Both the position numbers and the translations under genes were made by a program. This document shows positions 6,932 to 10,927 of a stretch of DNA of 10,927 nucleotides, in pieces. Positions within the stretch are counted from its first letter, which is position 1; each line of letters starts with the position of its first letter. The stretch is from Armatimonadota bacterium (GTDB taxonomy: Bacteria; Sysuimicrobiota; Sysuimicrobiia; Sysuimicrobiales; Humicultoraceae). The notes under the pieces were generated by a model. It made no database searches and was not told the DNA's origin. It saw only the letters and a program-made list of their open reading frames with translations. The stretch spans positions 1 to 10,927 of the forward strand of contig JBBIJB010000073.1 in the NCBI GenBank assembly GCA_037446215.1, read 5' to 3'.

Positions 6932-8677
6932 ATGAGCACTGTGCTGTCACGGACTCTGGTGGCGGTGATCTGCGCGGCGCTCCTCGTTACGGCTCCGGTC
7001 GCGGCCCAGCAGCCTGCTCGGGGCCTCCCGGGCATTCCGAAGCCCATGATCGTGGAGGCCGACGAGGCCGGTCGCTACGGCGGGACCTTCGTCGTTACCT
7101 CCATCTCGGATCCACGGACCTTCAACTCGATAGTGGCCCAGGAAACCTCTTCCACGGTTCCGCTCGGATACATGTTCGAGGGACTGGTCGAGACGAACCG
7201 CGTGACCACGGAGGTAGAGCCCTCGATCGCCGAGTCGTGGACCGTGACCAAGGACGGCAAGACCTGGCGGTTCAAGATGCGGCAGGGGATCAAGTGGTTC
7301 GATGGGAAGCCGGTTACCGCCGACGACGTGGTGTTCACGCTCGACGCCGCCTTCACGCCGGGGGTGCAGTCGAGCCTGCGCGACGTGCTGACCATAGCGG
7401 GCAAGAAGATCGGCTACCGCAAGGTCGACGACTACACCATGGAGTTCAAGACCGACGAGCCGTTCGGGCCGTTCCTGCGGCAGATCGGCTTCGCTGTCGT
7501 GCCCAGGCACAAGCTGGAGGACTCCCTCAAGAAGGGCGCCGCCGAGTTCAACAGGACGTGGGGCGTGAACACCCCGCCGCGCGAGCTCGTGGGCAGCGGC
7601 CCGTTCGTGATGCACGCCTACACCCCCGGCCAGCGGATCCTCTACGTGCGCAACTCCAACTACTGGAAGGTGGACAAGAGCGGGCAGCGGCTCCCCTACC
7701 TGGCGCGGCTCGTGGTCGAGATCGTGCCCAACCTCGACGCCGCGCGCCTGAAGTTCATGGCCAAGGAGACCGACTCCTACCCCGCGAGACCGCGGGAGTA
7801 CGCCGAGCTGCGCGCCCAGCAGAAGGCGGGCGACTTCCAGATCTTCGACGGCCCGCCCACCTTCTCGACCGAGTTCCTGGTCTTAAACCAGAACCCCGCC
7901 GGGATAAGGCCGCCGAAGCTCACTTGGTTCCAGAACGCGAAGTTCCGACAGGCGATCAGCCACGCGGTGGATCGCGACGCGATAGTCCGCCAGGTCTACG
8001 CAGGGCGCGCAACCGCTCAGTGGGGTCCGACCAGCCCGGCCAACAAGTTCTTCTTCAACCCGAACTTGCGCAAGTACCCCTACGACCTGGCGCGGGCCGA
8101 GGCCCTGCTTCGGGAGGCCGGGTTCACCAAGGGGGCCGACGGCCAGCTGCGCGACTCCGCGGGCAACCTGGTGGAGTTCACGATCGCGACGAACGCGGGC
8201 AACACCGACCGGGAGGCGATCGGGAACCTGGTGCGCCAGGACCTGACCAAGCTGGGCATGAAGGTCACGTTCGCCCCTGAGGCTTTCAACACGCTCGTCG
8301 GCAAGCTGACCGGCACCTTCAACTGGGAGGCGATCATCATCGGCCTGACCGGGGGGCTCGACCCGCACGGCGGGCAGAACGTCTGGAAGTCCGGCGGCTC
8401 GCTGCACATGTGGTGGCCCAAGCAGGAGAGCCCGGCCACCGACTGGGAGGCGGAGATCGACAGGATATTCGACCAGGCGGCCACAACCGTCGACCAGAAC
8501 CGGCGCAAGCAGCTCTACAATCGCTGGCAGGAGATCGTCTCAGAACAGGTGCCGATGGTGTACTTCACGACCACGCTGACCCAGCCGGCGTTTCGCAACA
8601 CGCTCTCCAACTTCAGCAACGCGCCGCTCGCCTTCTACGACATAGAGACGATCTACTACAAGACCCCCTACAGGTGA
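6932..8677 (+). CDS. ABC transporter substrate-binding protein, family 5 (OppA/DppA/AppA/NikA-like)
   Basis: 581 aa with an N-terminal signal peptide ending VAA|QQ. Family 5 signatures: SDPRTFN, FEGLVE, PSIAESW, KWFDGKPVTADDVVFT, VGSGPF, RNSNYW, FRQAISHAVDR, YDLARAEALLREAG. The substrate cannot be determined from sequence. Confidence 0.93.
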   Translation: MSTVLSRTLVAVICAALLVTAPVAAQQPARGLPGIPKPMIVEADEAGRYGGTFVVTSISDPRTFNSIVAQETSSTVPLGYMFEGLVETNRVTTEVEPSIAESWTVTKDGKTWRFKMRQGIKWFDGKPVTADDVVFTLDAAFTPGVQSSLRDVLTIAGKKIGYRKVDDYTMEFKTDEPFGPFLRQIGFAVVPRHKLEDSLKKGAAEFNRTWGVNTPPRELVGSGPFVMHAYTPGQRILYVRNSNYWKVDKSGQRLPYLARLVVEIVPNLDAARLKFMAKETDSYPARPREYAELRAQQKAGDFQIFDGPPTFSTEFLVLNQNPAGIRPPKLTWFQNAKFRQAISHAVDRDAIVRQVYAGRATAQWGPTSPANKFFFNPNLRKYPYDLARAEALLREAGFTKGADGQLRDSAGNLVEFTIATNAGNTDREAIGNLVRQDLTKLGMKVTFAPEAFNTLVGKLTGTFNWEAIIIGLTGGLDPHGGQNVWKSGGSLHMWWPKQESPATDWEAEIDRIFDQAATTVDQNRRKQLYNRWQEIVSEQVPMVYFTTTLTQPAFRNTLSNFSNAPLAFYDIETIYYKTPYR

Positions 8678-8684
8678 TCTGCCG

Positions 8685-8714
8685 CGGGGGAGGGGCGTAA
8701 TCGCCCCTCCCCCG
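8685..8714 (+). promoter_or_regulatory. 13-bp perfect stem-loop between the binding-protein and permease genes (mRNA stabiliser or partial terminator)
   Basis: CGGGGGAGGGGCG-TAAT-CGCCCCTCCCCCG, 7 nt after the stop codon, with no U-tract. Confidence 0.75.
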
Positions 8715-8724
8715 GCCTCCTCCG

Positions 8725-9690
8725 ATGCTGCGCCACATCCTGCGCCGGCTCTTCCACCTGATCCCGATGATGCTGGGGATAACCCTCTTCTCGTTCGCCA
8801 TCATCCAGCTCTCGCCCGGCGACTACCTGGCGGAGATCCGCATGAACCCGGTGGTCAGCCAGGAAACCGTGGACCAGATGCGGGCCAACTTCGGACTCGA
8901 CCAGCCGCTGCACATCCAGTACCTGAAGTGGCTCTGGAACGCTCTGCGTCTCGACTTCGGATACTCATTCGCGTTCCAGGTGCCGGTCATGTGGCTGATA
9001 GGGTCGCGCCTACTCAACTCGCTGCTGCTGAACATCGTGGCCTTCGCCGTCGCGTGGGCGCTCGCGATTCCGTTGGGCATACACGCCGCCCGCAGGCAGT
9101 ATTCCTGGTCCGACAACTCGCTCTCATTCGCCGCTTACGTCGGCATCTCCACCCCCACGTTCTTCTCGGGGCTGTTCCTCCTGTACATCGCCTACAGGAC
9201 CGGCTGGCTGCCGATAGGCGGCATGACCAGCATCGAGCATGAGTTCCTCCCGTGGTGGGGTAAGGTGCTCGACGTGGCCCACCACATGGTGCTCCCGGTC
9301 CTGGTGCTCGGCGTGTTGAGCGTGGCGGGGCTGATGCGCCAGATGCGGGCCAACCTGCTCGAGGTGATGCGCCAGGACTACGTCAGGACGGCCCGCAGCA
9401 AGGGCCTTGCCGAGAACGTGGTGGTCAACAGACACGCGGTCAGGAACGCGATCAACCCGCTCGTCACGATCTTCGGGTTCAGCCTGGGCGGGCTGCTCGG
9501 CGGTTCGGCGATCCTGGAGAACGTGATGGGCTGGCCCGGAATAGGGAGGCTGATCGTCGAGGCGACGATCCAGAAGGATCTCTACGTGGTGATGGCGTCC
9601 CTAGTCATCGGCTCGGTCACTCTGGTGGTCGGCAACCTGATAGCGGACGTGCTGCTGGTGCTGACCGACCCGAGGATAAGGTACGATTAG
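8725..9690 (+). CDS. peptide/nickel ABC transporter permease (OppB/DppB/AppB-like)
   Basis: 321 aa with about 6 hydrophobic segments. Motifs: HILRRL, SPGD, FGLDQPLHIQYLKWL, DFGYS, EAA loop DYVRTARSKGL, RHAVRNA, WPGIGRL, and C-terminal DPRIRY. Confidence 0.94.
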   Translation: MLRHILRRLFHLIPMMLGITLFSFAIIQLSPGDYLAEIRMNPVVSQETVDQMRANFGLDQPLHIQYLKWLWNALRLDFGYSFAFQVPVMWLIGSRLLNSLLLNIVAFAVAWALAIPLGIHAARRQYSWSDNSLSFAAYVGISTPTFFSGLFLLYIAYRTGWLPIGGMTSIEHEFLPWWGKVLDVAHHMVLPVLVLGVLSVAGLMRQMRANLLEVMRQDYVRTARSKGLAENVVVNRHAVRNAINPLVTIFGFSLGGLLGGSAILENVMGWPGIGRLIVEATIQKDLYVVMASLVIGSVTLVVGNLIADVLLVLTDPRIRYD

Positions 9691-10812
9691 ATGCGCTCCC
9701 CCGGCGACCGCAGAGGCGGGGCTCCCTCGGGCGCGGGGCAGGCGCGCACGCCGGCCCAGATGGCGTGGAGGCAGCTTCGCCGCCACCGCATGGCGCTTGC
9801 CGGAGGGGCCGTCCTCATCCTCCTCTACCTGCTCGCGATCTTCGCGGAGGTGATCGCCCCGTACAGCCTGGACTACGCCGACAGGGAGAGGTTCTTCCAT
9901 CCGCCGGTGCTGCCGAGGTTTGCCGATGCCCAGGGGATCAGCCTGCGGCCGTTCGTCCACGGCACCTCGCTGGTGGATCCCGGCCTCCGGAAGTACGCGG
10001 TGGACGAGACCCAGCGGCACTACGTGAGGTTCCTGGTACGGGGCGAGCCCTACCTGCTGTTTGGCGTCTTCCCCGGCTCGATCCACCTGTTCGGGGTGGA
10101 CGAGCCGGGCCGGATCTTCCTGATGGGCACGGACCAGTCGGGCAGGGACCAGTTCAGCCGCATCCTGTACGGTTCCAGGATCTCGCTGACCATAGGGATG
10201 ATGGCCGCCGCGGTCACGATTCCCATCGGCCTGCTCTACGGCGGCATCGCCGGCTACTACGGGGGACGCGTGGACAACGTGATGATGCGGCTCTCGGAGA
10301 TCATCATCGCCTTCCCCGAGTTCTACCTCCTGCTGACGCTGAGCGCGGTGCTCCCGTCCGCTGTGGGGTGCACCACCAGGTTCTACCTCATTACGCTGAT
10401 ACTCTCGTTCATAGGGTGGGCGGGCTTCTCGCGGCTGATCAGGGGCCTGGTCCTCTCGCTGAAGGAGCGTGAGTTCGTCCTGGCCGCCAAGGCCGCGGGG
10501 CTCGACGACTTCCGAATCATCGTGCGCCACGTGCTCCCGCAGACCTCCTCGCTTGTCATAGTGGTGGTGACGCTCGGCATTCCGGGCGCGATACTGGGGG
10601 AGTCGGCGCTCTCGTTCTTCGGGTTCGGCGTGCGCGAGCCGTGCTCTTCGTGGGGCAACCTCCTCACCACGGCGTCGAACCTGCCCACGCTGATCCTGTC
10701 GCCCTGGCTGCTCTTCCCGGGGCTGTTCATCATAGCCGCGGTGGTGGCCTTCAACCTGTTCGGGGACGGTCTGCGGGACGCGCTCGACCCGCGGCACCGG
10801 ACTTCGTCCTAG
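9691..10812 (+). CDS. peptide/nickel ABC transporter permease (OppC/DppC/AppC-like)
   Basis: 373 aa, with the ATG immediately after the upstream TAG. Motifs: WRQLRRHRMA, MGTDQSGRDQFSRILYGSRISL, EAA loop EFVLAAKAAG, RHVLP, ESALSFFGFG, SWG, FNLFGDGLRDALDPR. Confidence 0.94.
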   Translation: MRSPGDRRGGAPSGAGQARTPAQMAWRQLRRHRMALAGGAVLILLYLLAIFAEVIAPYSLDYADRERFFHPPVLPRFADAQGISLRPFVHGTSLVDPGLRKYAVDETQRHYVRFLVRGEPYLLFGVFPGSIHLFGVDEPGRIFLMGTDQSGRDQFSRILYGSRISLTIGMMAAAVTIPIGLLYGGIAGYYGGRVDNVMMRLSEIIIAFPEFYLLLTLSAVLPSAVGCTTRFYLITLILSFIGWAGFSRLIRGLVLSLKEREFVLAAKAAGLDDFRIIVRHVLPQTSSLVIVVVTLGIPGAILGESALSFFGFGVREPCSSWGNLLTTASNLPTLILSPWLLFPGLFIIAAVVAFNLFGDGLRDALDPRHRTSS

Positions 10813-10831
10813 CCGGTCTAGGAGGAGCAGC

Positions 10832-10927
10832 ATGAACGCGGAAGCGCAGGCGAACTTGCAGCAACAAACGGCCCCGGGCACGCTGCTCGTGCTCGCGACC
10901 TACGGGCTTGAGATAGTCGAGGTCGGC
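10832..10927 (+). CDS. partial CDS running off the window, possibly a divergent PIG-L/LmbE-family deacetylase-like protein
   Basis: SD AGGAGG at 10820-10825 and ATG at 10832, with an open frame MNAEAQANLQQQTAPGTLLVLATYGLEIVEVG. The gene start is well supported, but the product guess rests on only 32 codons. Confidence 0.5.
   Translation, partial: MNAEAQANLQQQTAPGTLLVLATYGLEIVEVG

Noticed and set aside
4950..8280. Long alternative-frame + strand ORFs (4950-6935, 6844-8280, also 3501-4325)
   Set aside because: These are low-complexity Arg/Gly/Ala/Pro shadow frames overlapping pcrA and the binding-protein gene.
1..10927. CRISPR arrays, tRNA/rRNA genes, tandem repeats
   Set aside because: None seen. 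All intergenic spaces are 115 bp or shorter and contain no repeated units.

Overview
High-GC bacterial window with every real gene on the + strand. It opens with a purine salvage/GMP operon (hpt, GuaB3-type IMP dehydrogenase, guaA) behind a near-consensus sigma70 promoter. Next is a PcrA/UvrD helicase split in motif III by a 372-aa intein, then a peptide/nickel-family (Opp/Dpp/App) ABC importer with a binding protein and two permeases but no ATPase in the window. The window ends in the first 32 codons of a possible divergent PIG-L-like protein. The most unusual element is the intein. Its ~240-aa insert shows no LAGLIDADG or HNH motif I can recognise, begins with a GIY-YIG (T5orf172-like) motif, and appears to sit at a non-canonical position inside the splicing domain. 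All calls come from reading motifs by eye, with no database searches run.
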